This document shows positions 20,945-30,431 of a DNA stretch of 64,000 nucleotides, one piece after another. A model generated the notes under the pieces. That model was given only the letters and a program-made list of their open reading frames with translations, had not been told where the DNA came from and did not search any database. The stretch's first letter is position 1. Each line of letters begins with the position of its first letter. Both the position numbers and the translations under genes were made by a program. Where the stretch lies: assembly GCA_028279505.1 (NCBI GenBank), contig JANQNP010000031.1:17413-81412 (forward strand). Reading direction: 5' to 3'. The DNA is from Dehalococcoidia bacterium. Its GTDB lineage: Bacteria > Chloroflexota > Dehalococcoidia > UBA2979.

Positions 20945-22798
20945 CTAGTGGCTGGTCCGCAGGTAGCGGACGATCTCCATCATCACGCGGCAGTCGACCT
21001 CGTTGTAGCGGGCGATCTCCAGCATCAGGCCGTCCTCAGAGAGCGGTTCGCCCAGCTCCGCGGCGCTGGCCTGCGCCCACCAGGCCCCGACCATCGCGCC
21101 CTGGCCGTCCGTCGGACCGTCGGTCCAACGGGTCTCGATCTCGCCGAGGTTGTGGAGCGCCTGGCCCATCGACTTCAGCCCGAAGCCCATCGATCCGCGG
21201 ACCACCACCGGCTCCTCACGGACCACCCGCTGGAGGAAGTCGAACCAGCGTGGCGACGGCCAGTCCCGATCGGGGTGGCGGGCGCGGGCGGAGTTGTAGG
21301 CGTTTTCGAACGTGGTGACCTCGGCGTGTGACCAGTGCATCACGAGCGGGTCATCGCCCTCGGGAGCGAGCCGCGCTCGCGTCGCGGCCATGTGCGCGAG
21401 CCACTCCTCGATTACGCGCGCCTCTTCGTCCTCGGAGAGCGCGTTCACGGTGAACGACGCGAACTGCCACTCGCCGTCCTCGAGGTGGCCGCAGCCGACC
21501 ATGAAGATCAGGGCCTGCCCCCCTCGGTTGGGGAGCTGGGTGAAGTCGTCGGCGAGATCGTTGACCGTCTCGAAGTCGACGTAGAACTCGAGCGTGGGCC
21601 ACGCGCGCCATGTCTCCTCGGCGGCGGTGACGCGCTCGGGGCGCACGTCTGGCCCGATGTCGGTGCGATTCACATCCATCAGCTCGATCAACGTCCCGGC
21701 GTTCTTGCCTGTGACGCCGAGGACCGCAGGCGTGCAGCGCGGGTCTCGCCAATCGACGATGCCCGCGGCGTGGGCGGCGGCGCGCCGGCTCGCGCCCACC
21801 TGCCAGAGCAGGGAGATGTCGTTGATCTCCTCGGCGATCTCGAGCTTGGCAGCGTGCCAGGGCCCGTCCTGCTGATTCGAGAGGTTCGGATACAGCTCGC
21901 GCACGCTCGGCTGGGGCGTCATCGCCCAGTCCGCGCCCTCTGCCCGCAGGCGGCGCAGCCACGCGGTCGCATCGCGCACCGCCGCCTCGACCGAGCGAGA
22001 CGCGCTCACGCGACCGTCCTGCGGCAACCAGCCGAGCCGTTCGAGGCACCCCGTGCCGCGTTCCGTCTGGCCGCCTCGACGCTGCTCCCAGCTCCGGCCG
22101 AGGAGATACGCCCCGGGAGGCTCGTAGCCTTGGAGCCGGCCAAGCGCGCGGTTGTAGACGAAGAGCTGGCACTGGTACGCCGGCATCGAGCCAGTCGATC
22201 GTGGCTCGCCGACCGGGTTCAGCCGCAGCGTCGTGAATTTCACGTCGACGACGCGATAGTGCCAGGGCCCCTCGAGGTCGGGCGCGGCGACGGCCGCCTC
22301 CTCCGCCGTGAGCGCCTCGGGGAACAGCTCGTGCAGCACGTCCGATCGGATCAGCAGGTCGGTGGCGCCGTGCGCGAGCGCCTCGGCGTCCCAGAGCACC
22401 GCTTGGTGGGCGATCGGCACGCCGGCTCGCATCGCGTCGAAGGTGGCGTTCGCCTGATCGAGGTCGCGGATGTCCTCGTGGCCGCGGCTGAGGGTGACCA
22501 GCTCGTGCGTCGGGTGGCGATCGCGCAGCAGCGTGACCACCGCCTCCTCGAAGCGGCGGCCCTGTTCGAAGAGGAAGCGGGTGAAATCGGTGCGGCCGTC
22601 GTACGGCGGCGCGGTCCTCGCGGGGTCGCTGTCCGAGAGGTAGCCGTGGTCCTTGCCGTGGCGCGCGAGCCAGTCGAGGACTGGGTCACCGATGGCGTGG
22701 TTGCGCGTGGCGGACGCACTGATCCACTGCTCGGTCGGGTCGTCCGCAGGCGATGCCTCGGTCCCGTCGGCCCGGCGCGTCAGTGCGTCGATCGGCAT
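20945..22798 (-). CDS. RecB-family (PD-(D/E)XK) nuclease fused to an RNase H-like/exonuclease-like domain (TM0106-type architecture)
   Basis: N-terminal half has GATDLLIRSD .. YRVVDVKFT (D..D/E-x-K). C-terminal half has FYVDFET, HWSHAE and YNEVDC, as in RNase H-fold 3'-5' exonuclease-like domains. 617 aa. Confidence 0.6.
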   Translation of the reverse strand: MPIDALTRRADGTEASPADDPTEQWISASATRNHAIGDPVLDWLARHGKDHGYLSDSDPARTAPPYDGRTDFTRFLFEQGRRFEEAVVTLLRDRHPTHELVTLSRGHEDIRDLDQANATFDAMRAGVPIAHQAVLWDAEALAHGATDLLIRSDVLHELFPEALTAEEAAVAAPDLEGPWHYRVVDVKFTTLRLNPVGEPRSTGSMPAYQCQLFVYNRALGRLQGYEPPGAYLLGRSWEQRRGGQTERGTGCLERLGWLPQDGRVSASRSVEAAVRDATAWLRRLRAEGADWAMTPQPSVRELYPNLSNQQDGPWHAAKLEIAEEINDISLLWQVGASRRAAAHAAGIVDWRDPRCTPAVLGVTGKNAGTLIELMDVNRTDIGPDVRPERVTAAEETWRAWPTLEFYVDFETVNDLADDFTQLPNRGGQALIFMVGCGHLEDGEWQFASFTVNALSEDEEARVIEEWLAHMAATRARLAPEGDDPLVMHWSHAEVTTFENAYNSARARHPDRDWPSPRWFDFLQRVVREEPVVVRGSMGFGLKSMGQALHNLGEIETRWTDGPTDGQGAMVGAWWAQASAAELGEPLSEDGLMLEIARYNEVDCRVMMEIVRYLRTSH

Positions 22799-22896
22799 CG
22801 GCGTAGCTTACTTCACCCTCACGCCCCGGTCGCCGCGGGAGGCGCTGCGGGCCTTCCCTGAACCGCACGCTTGTCGAGGGGTGCGAGACTGGCGGC

Positions 22897-23994
22897 ATGA
22901 CGCGCCCTCGAACGCTGCTCCTCCCGCTGCTGGGTTTGCTGGTGGCGCTTGCACTCGCATGCGACGACGAGACGCCGGCGCCCGAGGCCGATCAGACCAC
23001 CGACTCCCCGGCGCCCTCGGTCACCGCGACCGTGACTCCTGAGCCGCCCGTCGGTCCGCAGTTCGGCACGGCGGGCCTGATCCCGAGGCACTTCCCGAGC
23101 TCGGAGGCGGACGATTGGCGTGCCCTCTACCGCGCCGCCGAGGAAGCCGGCCCGCTGATCGGCCTCTACGGCGGCTGGCGCGACGATAAGACGGCGGACG
23201 GCGAGATCCCCGAGGTCTTCCGAGGCGGCCACGCCGGGATCGAGGAGCAGGGTGGGATCGTTCCGGTGATCGCTGTCGGGTTCGCGACGGAGGACGTGCT
23301 CACCGGGGTGATGGAGACGACGCTCGACTGGTCCGACCCCGCGGCGGCGGCGCTGTTCACCGACGTGGCGAGCGCGATCGTCGAGGAGTACGAGCCGCCG
23401 TTCTTCGTGCTCGGGGCGGAGATCAATCGGATCTGGGAGCAGCACCCGGCCGACTACGACGCGTTCGTCGCCGCGTGGCCCGCGGTGTACGAGGCGATCA
23501 AGGCGGCCTCCCCTCGCACCGAGGTGGGCGCCAGCTTCCAGCTCGAGTTCATGCGGGGCGCGGGCTACCTCTCGGGACAGACTCGCGCGCCACACTGGCA
23601 GCTCCTCGACGCCTTCGAGGGTTATCTCGACTTCGTCGGGCTGTCGACCTATCCGTTCCTCGACTTCGAGTCACCGGAGGCGATCCCCGCGGACTACTAC
23701 CAGGAGGTCGTCGACCGCACCGGCCTGCCGATCGCGTTCACCGAGATGGGTTGGCCCTCGCAGCCGCTGTCGAACTTCCCGGAGTCCGGCTACGGCGGTT
23801 CGCCGTCGGAGCAGGCCGCGTTCGCCGTGCGCTTCCTCGAGCTGATCGAGGACGTCGACGTTCGCTTCGCCCTCTGGTCGTTCCAGCACGACATCGGCGC
23901 CCCGGGCGGCCCCGCCTTCGAGACGGTGTCGCTGCGCGAGAACGACGGCACGCCGAAGCCGGCGCTCGCGATCTGGCAGGCCGCTTCGGAGTAA
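22897..23994 (+). CDS. secreted lipoprotein, TIM-barrel glycoside-hydrolase-like
   Basis: Lipobox signal LLGLLVALALAC followed by a Pro/Thr linker. LGAEIN and AFTEMGWPS resemble clan GH-A acid/base and nucleophile strands. Confidence 0.5.
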   Translation: MTRPRTLLLPLLGLLVALALACDDETPAPEADQTTDSPAPSVTATVTPEPPVGPQFGTAGLIPRHFPSSEADDWRALYRAAEEAGPLIGLYGGWRDDKTADGEIPEVFRGGHAGIEEQGGIVPVIAVGFATEDVLTGVMETTLDWSDPAAAALFTDVASAIVEEYEPPFFVLGAEINRIWEQHPADYDAFVAAWPAVYEAIKAASPRTEVGASFQLEFMRGAGYLSGQTRAPHWQLLDAFEGYLDFVGLSTYPFLDFESPEAIPADYYQEVVDRTGLPIAFTEMGWPSQPLSNFPESGYGGSPSEQAAFAVRFLELIEDVDVRFALWSFQHDIGAPGGPAFETVSLRENDGTPKPALAIWQAASE

Positions 23995-24071
23995 CGACTG
24001 CCCTCGGCAGCCGCGTCCCGTACAGTCGCCCTCGGATCCCCGACCATCGAGGCCTGACGAACGGACGCCGT

Positions 24072-24989
24072 ATGTCGATTCGCTACGAGACCAAGGACCA
24101 GATCGCGACGATCACGATCGACAACCCGGAGAAGGCGAACGTCCTCGATAAGCAGCACTCGGACGAGCTGTCGGAGGCGTGGCGGCAGGTCTGGGAGGAT
24201 CGCGACGTTCGAGCCGGCATCATCACCGCCACCGGTGACCGCCACTTCTGCGCCGGCCACGACATCAGCCCTCATCCCGAGCTGACGCCGGAGGAGCGCG
24301 AATACCTTCGCGCGCAGAAGATGTACTGGCCGCACGCCGGGACGGTGAACGGCGCGACGATCGGCGTCGACGGCCGGATGGGCGATCACTACCCGCGCGT
24401 GTGGAAGCCGGTGATCGGCGCCGTCAACGGCTGGGCGGCCGGTGCCGGGCTCTACCTGCTGCTCTCCTCGACGGACATTCGCATCGCCTCCGCGGAGCAC
24501 GCCCGCTTCAAGTTCGCCTTGCTCTCGCAAGGTTGGCTCGGCAACGGTCCCGGCGCCACGCTGCTGATGAAGCAGCTTCGCTACGCCGACGCGATGCGGA
24601 TCCTGCTCACCGATGAGCCGGTCGACGCCCCCGAGGCGCTGCGCATCGGCCTCGTCAACGAGGTGGTGCCGCATGGCGACATCGTGACGCGGGCCCGCGA
24701 GATCGCGACGCACATTGCGTCGATGCCGCCGATCGCGACGCGGATGATGAAGGAGTTCGTGGTCCGTTTCGGCGAGGCGCGCACCGATGAGGCCTGGCAG
24801 GTCCAGAACCTGATCAACACGCTGCTGATCCAGACGACGGCGGACGGGGACGAAGGTCGTCGCGCGTTCAACGAGAAGCGCCGGCCGAACTTCACGGGGG
24901 CGATCCGCCAGAAGGGCGAGCCGTTCCCCGAGCTCGACGACGAGCAGCGCGCTCGCCTGGACGCGATCTACCAATCCCGCGACTTCTGA
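24072..24989 (+). CDS. enoyl-CoA hydratase/isomerase (crotonase fold)
   Basis: Start trimmed to MSIRYETKDQIATITIDNPEKANVL. Also HFCAGHDI and AVNGWAAGAGLYLLL. The first 199 codons of the listed ORF are an antisense artefact over the lipoprotein gene. Confidence 0.85.
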   Translation: MSIRYETKDQIATITIDNPEKANVLDKQHSDELSEAWRQVWEDRDVRAGIITATGDRHFCAGHDISPHPELTPEEREYLRAQKMYWPHAGTVNGATIGVDGRMGDHYPRVWKPVIGAVNGWAAGAGLYLLLSSTDIRIASAEHARFKFALLSQGWLGNGPGATLLMKQLRYADAMRILLTDEPVDAPEALRIGLVNEVVPHGDIVTRAREIATHIASMPPIATRMMKEFVVRFGEARTDEAWQVQNLINTLLIQTTADGDEGRRAFNEKRRPNFTGAIRQKGEPFPELDDEQRARLDAIYQSRDF

Positions 24990-25055
24990 GGGGTCTTCGA
25001 CCCCTCTTCGGGCCCTTCGGGTCTCGTGTCGCGAGCCGAGGGTGCTTCCGAGTAT
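24988..25055. repeat. intergenic hairpin-containing repeat, copy B (possible terminator)
   Basis: GAGGGGTC-TTC-GACCCCTC is a perfect 8-bp stem overlapping the hydratase stop codon. The downstream sequence is similar to 13526-13585. Confidence 0.45.
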
Positions 25056-25085
25056 TAAGGGGTCGGACGGGTTGCGGGCGGAGGG

Positions 25086-25535
25086 CTAAGCGGGCTGGCG
25101 CTTCACCAAGTGATTGACGATGAAGGTCGAGACCGGTTTGTCGTGCTGGTTGATTGCGGAGTACTGGAGGCGGAGGACGCCGCGGTCGTCACGGCGGGAG
25201 GATGGCTTGACCTCGATGACCTCGACTTCGGTGTGGAGGGTGTCGCCGGGGCGGACGGGGGCGAGCCACTTGAGGTCGTCGATGCCGGGGGAGCCCATGC
25301 TGCAGGCGGCGAGAGTGCCGGTCTGGATGAACAGACGGAAGCAGACCGAAATCGTGTGGAACCCGCTGGCGATGAGGCCCTCGTAGATCGATTCGGAGGC
25401 GGTCTTCACGTCGAGATGGAAGGCCTGTGGGTCGTAGTGCATCGCGAAGTCGATGATGTTCGCCTCGGTGAAGGTGATGCCGCCGGTGGTGAATGTCTCG
25501 CCGACCGTGAAGTCGTCCAGGTACCGATCGCTCAT
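25086..25535 (-). CDS. MaoC-like (R)-specific enoyl-CoA hydratase/dehydratase (hot-dog fold)
   Basis: FAMHYDPQAFHLDVKTASESIYEGLIASGFHT; 149 aa. Confidence 0.85.
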   Translation of the reverse strand: MSDRYLDDFTVGETFTTGGITFTEANIIDFAMHYDPQAFHLDVKTASESIYEGLIASGFHTISVCFRLFIQTGTLAACSMGSPGIDDLKWLAPVRPGDTLHTEVEVIEVKPSSRRDDRGVLRLQYSAINQHDKPVSTFIVNHLVKRQPA

Positions 25536-25651
25536 CCCGCGGCCTTTCGCTGAGTTTGACGCACTTCGCTTCGCGCGACTGGCTCGAATCGCCTCGTCCG
25601 CCGGCGCGCCAGCGGATGGTATCCCTGTAGCGAAGTGGAGGGGGAGCGACG

Positions 25652-26119
25652 ATGCCCGAGGTTGGCTTCGCGGCGTGGGTGGAGCCGCTGGCGCGCGAAA
25701 TCCAGCAGAGTCGGGCGGAGGTCGTCGCGTTCGCCCGCACGCTTCCCGAGGCCAGCTGGGACGAGCCGAGCGCCGTCGAGGGGTGGAGCTGCCGCGATGT
25801 CCTGGCGCACCTCGCCGGCGACACCGCGAAGATCACGGTCGCCGTCATCCGCGCGGCGCGCGATCCGCTGGCACCGGTCCCGAGCTACGGAGAGGGCGAC
25901 GTGGCGCTGAATGCGCGAGATCTCGAGGAGCGGCGGGGCTGGTCGATTGAGCAGTTGATCGCGGAGATCGAGGCCGACGCCGACGAGTGGCGGCGCGGGC
26001 TCGCGACGCTCGAGGAGGACGACGGCGGCCGGAACTGGCCGGGCTTCCCGCTCGACGCCGCCGGGTACCTCGCGATGGTGGCCGGGCACGACCGCGAGCA
26101 CCTCGAGCAGATGCGCTGA
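25652..26119 (+). CDS. DinB/MDMPI_N-like four-helix-bundle protein
   Basis: WSCRDVLAHLAG and a C-terminal GHDREHLEQM His motif typical of DinB-fold metalloproteins; 155 aa. Confidence 0.65.
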   Translation: MPEVGFAAWVEPLAREIQQSRAEVVAFARTLPEASWDEPSAVEGWSCRDVLAHLAGDTAKITVAVIRAARDPLAPVPSYGEGDVALNARDLEERRGWSIEQLIAEIEADADEWRRGLATLEEDDGGRNWPGFPLDAAGYLAMVAGHDREHLEQMR

Positions 26120-26120
26120 C

Positions 26121-28391
26121 CTAGCCCGCGGCGATCCCGCCGAGGGCGCCCGCGGACTGGAGGGCGTCGATCTCGAGGGCGCTCAGGCCCACGAGGTCGC
26201 GCAGGACCTCGGCGTTGTCGCCGCCGAGGGCGGAGGCGCGCTCGAGCTGACGGGTGCCGCCATCCCAGCGCCACGGGAGCCCGACCATGGCGCGTGCCTC
26301 GCCGTCGTCTCCGAGGACCGACTCGTAGAAACCGCGTGCCCAGAGGTGGTCGTCCTCGAACAGCATCGTGCCGTCCATCGAGGCCGCCGCCGGCACGCCG
26401 GCGGCCTGGAGCTGCGCCGCGGTCTCGCGCGCGTCGCGCGGGCCGGTCCACGCCGCGATCGTGGCATCGAGGTCGGACGAGCGGTCGCGTCGCTCCTGCA
26501 GCGAGAGGTCCGATGCGCCCTCGAGTCCCTCGATCACCTCGCTGAGGGCGCGCCACTGGTGATCGTTGGTGACCGCGATCGCGACCCACTGGTCGTGGCC
26601 GTCGGCCGGGTAGAGGTCGTGCGGCGCGAAGTCGCGGGAGCGGTTGCCGAGGCGGCGCGGCATCGTGCCGTCGCGCTGCGCTTCGAGGAGAGTACCGGGC
26701 ATGGCCCAGAGCAGCGATTCGGACATCGCGAGGTCGACGTGCCGTCCGTGCCCCGTGCGGTCGCGTGCCTCGAGGGCGGCGGCGGCGGCGAAGGGGAGCA
26801 GGAGACCGAGGACCGGGTCCGACCAGGCGAAGCCGGTGGTGGGTGGCCGGCCCTCGTAGCCGTTGAGGTCGGCGAAGCCGGCGAAGCACTGCACCAGCGT
26901 GCCGTAGGCGACCGCGCCGGCGTCGGGGCCGGTGCGGCCGAGCCCCGAGGCGGAGAGCAGGATCACGTCCTCGCGCAACTCCTTGAGCACCTCATAGCCG
27001 AGGCCGAGCCGCTCGAGGGCGCCCGTCGCGAAGTTCTCCACGACGAGATCGCTCTGCGCGGCGAGCGCTCGCACCGCCTCGAGGCCGGCGGGCGACTTTA
27101 GGTCGATCGCCAGATCGCGCTTGCCCCGTCCGAGGACGGCGTGCAGCTCCGAGCGGTGGCCGGGGTCGGCGCGAGTGGGGGCCTCGACCTTGACGACATC
27201 GGCACCGAGGGCGGCGAGGTAGCGGGTGGTCGTCGGGCCGGCGATCACCCATGAGAGGTCGAGGACGCGGACGCCGCTCAGCGGCAGCGGGCCGTTGTTC
27301 CGCCGAGGCGTGGGGTCCTCGCGAGGTGAGAAGCCTGCCCGAGGTGGCGGCTCCCGCCGGTAGTCGCTCGCCGCGAGGCCGAAGAGCCCTCGGGGGGCGC
27401 GCGCGCCCTCGGCGCCCGGGAGTGGCGCCAGGAAGTCGCGGGCCTCGATCTGCGGCTCGTCGAGGATGTCGAGCGGGCCGTTGACGGCGAAGCAGGGGAT
27501 GTGGGCGGTCTGCGCGAGCGTTGCGATCTCGGCTTTCGGACGCTCGGAGGTCCAGCGCGACATAAACGGAACGAGCTCGTCGGCGCCCTGGAGCCGCTGA
27601 GCGTGCGTCGCGAATCGAGGGTCGTCGGCCCATTCCGGCTGGCCCATGACCTCGCGCCAGGCCTTCCACTGGTGCTCCTCGCGAGGGGAGATCGCGACAT
27701 AACCGTCGGCGGCGGGAAGGATGTAAGAGGCGCCCAGCACGTCCGCGCGCTTCTCGCGGGTGAGCGACAGCATCCCGTAACCGGGCATCGAGTGCTCGCG
27801 AGCGGGCAGGATGGCCATCGCTTCCTGCATCGACACGTCGAGGTCGACGGGGGCGCCAGCGTACAGCGCGTGCATCGCGGCGCAGGCGGCGGCGATGCCG
27901 CCGATGAACTGCGCTTGCTCGCCGGCGGCGCGGACCGGTGGCTCGACCTCGGCGTCCTCGACGGGGCCGAGGAGCATCCGGGCGACGCCGCTCGCGTGGA
28001 AGGTGACGAGGTCGCCGCCGAGCCAGTCGCGGTGCGGGCCGGTGAGGCCGAACGGGGTAATCGCCGCGATCACGGTGCTGGGGGCGTGCGTTCGGAGTTG
28101 CTCGGGCAGCCAGCCGTGCGCCTCGAGGCTGGCGGGTTGGCCGCCGACGATGACGAGGTCGGCCTCGCCGGCGAGCCGTTCGAGGTCGGCCAGATCCGCT
28201 TCACGCTTGAGGGCGTCCGTCACCTCGCGGGCGAGTGTTGCCTCGCGGCTGGCCGGCGGCCGCTCTCCCTCGGCGGGCCGGATCTGCAGCACCTCGGCGC
28301 CGAGCTCGGCAAACATGCGGCCGCAGACGGAAACGGCGAGCGGCTCGCCCAGCTCGAGGACGCGCAAGCCGTGGAGGAGGGGTGAGGCCAT
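26121..28391 (-). CDS. tandem fusion of two family III CoA-transferase domains
   Basis: Residues 1-~370 start LHGLRVLELGEPLAVSVCGRMFAELGAEVLQIRP. Residues ~380-756 restart with LSGVRVLDLSWVIAGPTTTRYLAALGADVVKVEAP .. GRGKRDLAIDL .. FAWSDPVLG. Confidence 0.8.
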   Translation of the reverse strand: MASPLLHGLRVLELGEPLAVSVCGRMFAELGAEVLQIRPAEGERPPASREATLAREVTDALKREADLADLERLAGEADLVIVGGQPASLEAHGWLPEQLRTHAPSTVIAAITPFGLTGPHRDWLGGDLVTFHASGVARMLLGPVEDAEVEPPVRAAGEQAQFIGGIAAACAAMHALYAGAPVDLDVSMQEAMAILPAREHSMPGYGMLSLTREKRADVLGASYILPAADGYVAISPREEHQWKAWREVMGQPEWADDPRFATHAQRLQGADELVPFMSRWTSERPKAEIATLAQTAHIPCFAVNGPLDILDEPQIEARDFLAPLPGAEGARAPRGLFGLAASDYRREPPPRAGFSPREDPTPRRNNGPLPLSGVRVLDLSWVIAGPTTTRYLAALGADVVKVEAPTRADPGHRSELHAVLGRGKRDLAIDLKSPAGLEAVRALAAQSDLVVENFATGALERLGLGYEVLKELREDVILLSASGLGRTGPDAGAVAYGTLVQCFAGFADLNGYEGRPPTTGFAWSDPVLGLLLPFAAAAALEARDRTGHGRHVDLAMSESLLWAMPGTLLEAQRDGTMPRRLGNRSRDFAPHDLYPADGHDQWVAIAVTNDHQWRALSEVIEGLEGASDLSLQERRDRSSDLDATIAAWTGPRDARETAAQLQAAGVPAAASMDGTMLFEDDHLWARGFYESVLGDDGEARAMVGLPWRWDGGTRQLERASALGGDNAEVLRDLVGLSALEIDALQSAGALGGIAAG

Positions 28392-28429
28392 CCGAGTTCC
28401 AATCAGGTCGAAGTTCCGAGCTTAGCCGG

Positions 28430-28459
28430 GCGACCCGATTGCGCGTACCCACGGGTCGC
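28430..28459. promoter_or_regulatory. inverted repeat in the divergent promoter of the copper cluster
   Basis: GCGACCCG-N14-CGGGTCGC, perfect 8-bp arms; the inner part reads GTACCCACGGGTC. Confidence 0.35.
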
Positions 28460-28491
28460 AGGGACCTGCCACGACGGGCCCTTCGTCATTT

Positions 28492-28947
28492 GTGGCTACC
28501 GTCCATGGTCCCGAGACTGACGGGATGCGCATGCCTCTCGTCGCGCGCGGACGGCAGGGCCTCCGATGGGCGATCGCCCTCGCGGCGGTGCTGGCGCTGT
28601 TGCAGCCCGCGCTGGTGGCGTTCGACATCGAGCTGTCGGGTTGGCGCGTCGATCACGGACACCTGTTCACTTCGGCCAGCGGCGCGCTTCACGATCACGA
28701 TCACCCGTACGACCACACGCACTCGCACGACGATCACGGCGAGGCGGGGACCGACGCCGATGGCGACTCGGTCGACTCGGGCGTGGTGTTCGTGAGCGGG
28801 GACGATGTCACCAGTTCGGTGATGCCGTCCTCGGCGGTCGTGGCGGGTGCGCCCCGGCTCACTCCGCCGCTCCGCGCTGTCCTCGAGCGCGCTGATACGC
28901 CCTCGGACGTGGCGATCGGTCCGATCGCGCCGCCGCCGCGCGTCTGA
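28492..28947 (+). CDS. His/Asp-rich membrane-anchored small protein (putative metal-binding)
   Basis: Signal/anchor WAIALAAVLALLQPALVAF, then HGHLF..HDHDHPYDHTHSHDDHGE. It sits directly upstream of SCO1 and PCuAC genes. The start could be the internal MRMPLV (28525). Confidence 0.55.
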   Translation: MATVHGPETDGMRMPLVARGRQGLRWAIALAAVLALLQPALVAFDIELSGWRVDHGHLFTSASGALHDHDHPYDHTHSHDDHGEAGTDADGDSVDSGVVFVSGDDVTSSVMPSSAVVAGAPRLTPPLRAVLERADTPSDVAIGPIAPPPRV

Positions 28948-29024
28948 GCCTCCGTTCCAATAACCGATTCGAAGCGTCAGGGACGCGCCGCTCGCGCGAG
29001 CCCTGACGCGGAACGAGGTGAGAT

Positions 29025-29642
29025 GTGACACAGGCACGAGCCGCGTGGCTCGCGCTCGGTGGCGTGCTCGTCGCCGCGGTCCTCGGAGGCGTGTTTGCCC
29101 TCGTGAGTCGCGGTGAGCCGTACGAGTACAGCGGGTACGCCATCGAGAACTCGGAGCTGGCGCTGGACATCCAGCTCACCGACGGCGCGGGCGAGCCGTT
29201 CGTCCTCAGTGACCGGATGACACCGGCGACGGCGGTCTACTTCGGCTACACGCACTGTCCGGACGTGTGCCCGCTCACGATGCTCGAGCTCGCGGCGGCG
29301 CGGGACGCGCTACCCGAGGAGCGTCGCGACGACCTGCAGGTCTTGATGGTCACCGTCGATCCGGAGCGCGACACGCCCGAGGTGATGGACACCTACGTCA
29401 GTCACTTCGATGACTCGTTCATCGGCCTCAGCGGCACGCCCGATGGCGTCCGAGAGGTGATGCAGGAGTGGGGCATCGTGGCGTTCCGGGAAGAGGGCGG
29501 GAGCGACCGTTCCTACTTCATGAGCCACCCGTCGACGGTCAGCGTGATCGGGGCCGATGGACGGCTGCGCCTGCTGATCCCGACCGGGCTGACACCGGAG
29601 GCGATCGCGGCGGACCTGCTGCAGGTGATGGACGCGAGCTGA
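29025..29642 (+). CDS. SCO1/SenC family copper chaperone (thioredoxin fold)
   Basis: N-terminal anchor plus YFGYTHCPDVCP (CxxxC) and a downstream His in FMSHPS. Confidence 0.9.
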   Translation: MTQARAAWLALGGVLVAAVLGGVFALVSRGEPYEYSGYAIENSELALDIQLTDGAGEPFVLSDRMTPATAVYFGYTHCPDVCPLTMLELAAARDALPEERRDDLQVLMVTVDPERDTPEVMDTYVSHFDDSFIGLSGTPDGVREVMQEWGIVAFREEGGSDRSYFMSHPSTVSVIGADGRLRLLIPTGLTPEAIAADLLQVMDAS

Positions 29643-29700
29643 CGCCGCTTCATTCCCAATGACTCTCAATCGAACACAACCTCCGAGGAGGAGATTTCTG

Positions 29701-30279
29701 ATGCGTTTGAATCGAATCATGCGAGCGTTTGCGCTCGCGATCCCGTTGCTGGCCGCGGTCTCGCTGGTCGCCTGCTCCGACGATGATGGCGACGCGACGG
29801 CTGAACCGACGGCCCAGCCGGCCGCTGATCCGACGGCCGATGCGACGACGGAGCCGACCGCCGTTCCGACCTCGGAGATCACGGTGACGGACGCCTGGGC
29901 GCGAGCGACGCCGGGCAACCCGGACGAGAACAGCGCGGTCTACATGCTGATCACGAACGACGGTACGGCCGACGACCGGCTGATCGGCGCGGCCGTCGAC
30001 GACGGTCTCGCGACCACGGTCGAGCTGCACGAGACGGCGATGGAAGACGGCCAGATGCGCATGCGTCAGGTCGAGGGCTGGGACGTGCCACGCGATGGTG
30101 GGACGCTGGAGCTTGCTCAGCGCGCCAACCACGTGATGCTGATCGGCCTCACGAAGCAGCTCGTCGAGGGCGACACGGTCGGACTGACGTTGCAGTTCGA
30201 GCAGGCGGGCGAGGTGCGGGTCGAAGCGCCGGTGGAGCAGGGCATGCCGATGCAGATGGACGACGACGGCGGGAGCTAG
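29701..30279 (+). CDS. copper chaperone PCu(A)C (DUF461) lipoprotein
   Basis: Start moved to MRLNRIM (29701), 9 nt after GAGGAGGAG. Lipobox SLVAC. ITVTDAWARAT .. VELHETAMEDGQMRMRQV .. HVMLIGL. Confidence 0.85.
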   Translation: MRLNRIMRAFALAIPLLAAVSLVACSDDDGDATAEPTAQPAADPTADATTEPTAVPTSEITVTDAWARATPGNPDENSAVYMLITNDGTADDRLIGAAVDDGLATTVELHETAMEDGQMRMRQVEGWDVPRDGGTLELAQRANHVMLIGLTKQLVEGDTVGLTLQFEQAGEVRVEAPVEQGMPMQMDDDGGS

Positions 30280-30431
30280 CCGGGGTCGTGGCAGGCTGGC
30301 GGGCGGACGCGAGCTGCGTCGTCCGCCCGCCGGTCACCGGGACCGGCGGTGGCTCACGCTCACCGTGCGGCGCGGCTATGGTGCGGTGGTTCGACTCGGA
30401 GACCCACCCCAGAGAGAAGAGGGCCGCCGCG

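Noticed and set aside
28443-28457. GTACCCACGGGTC read as a CsoR operator.
   Set aside because: It has only 4-bp symmetric arms around a non-symmetric centre and no csoR gene nearby. It is reported only as a generic inverted repeat.
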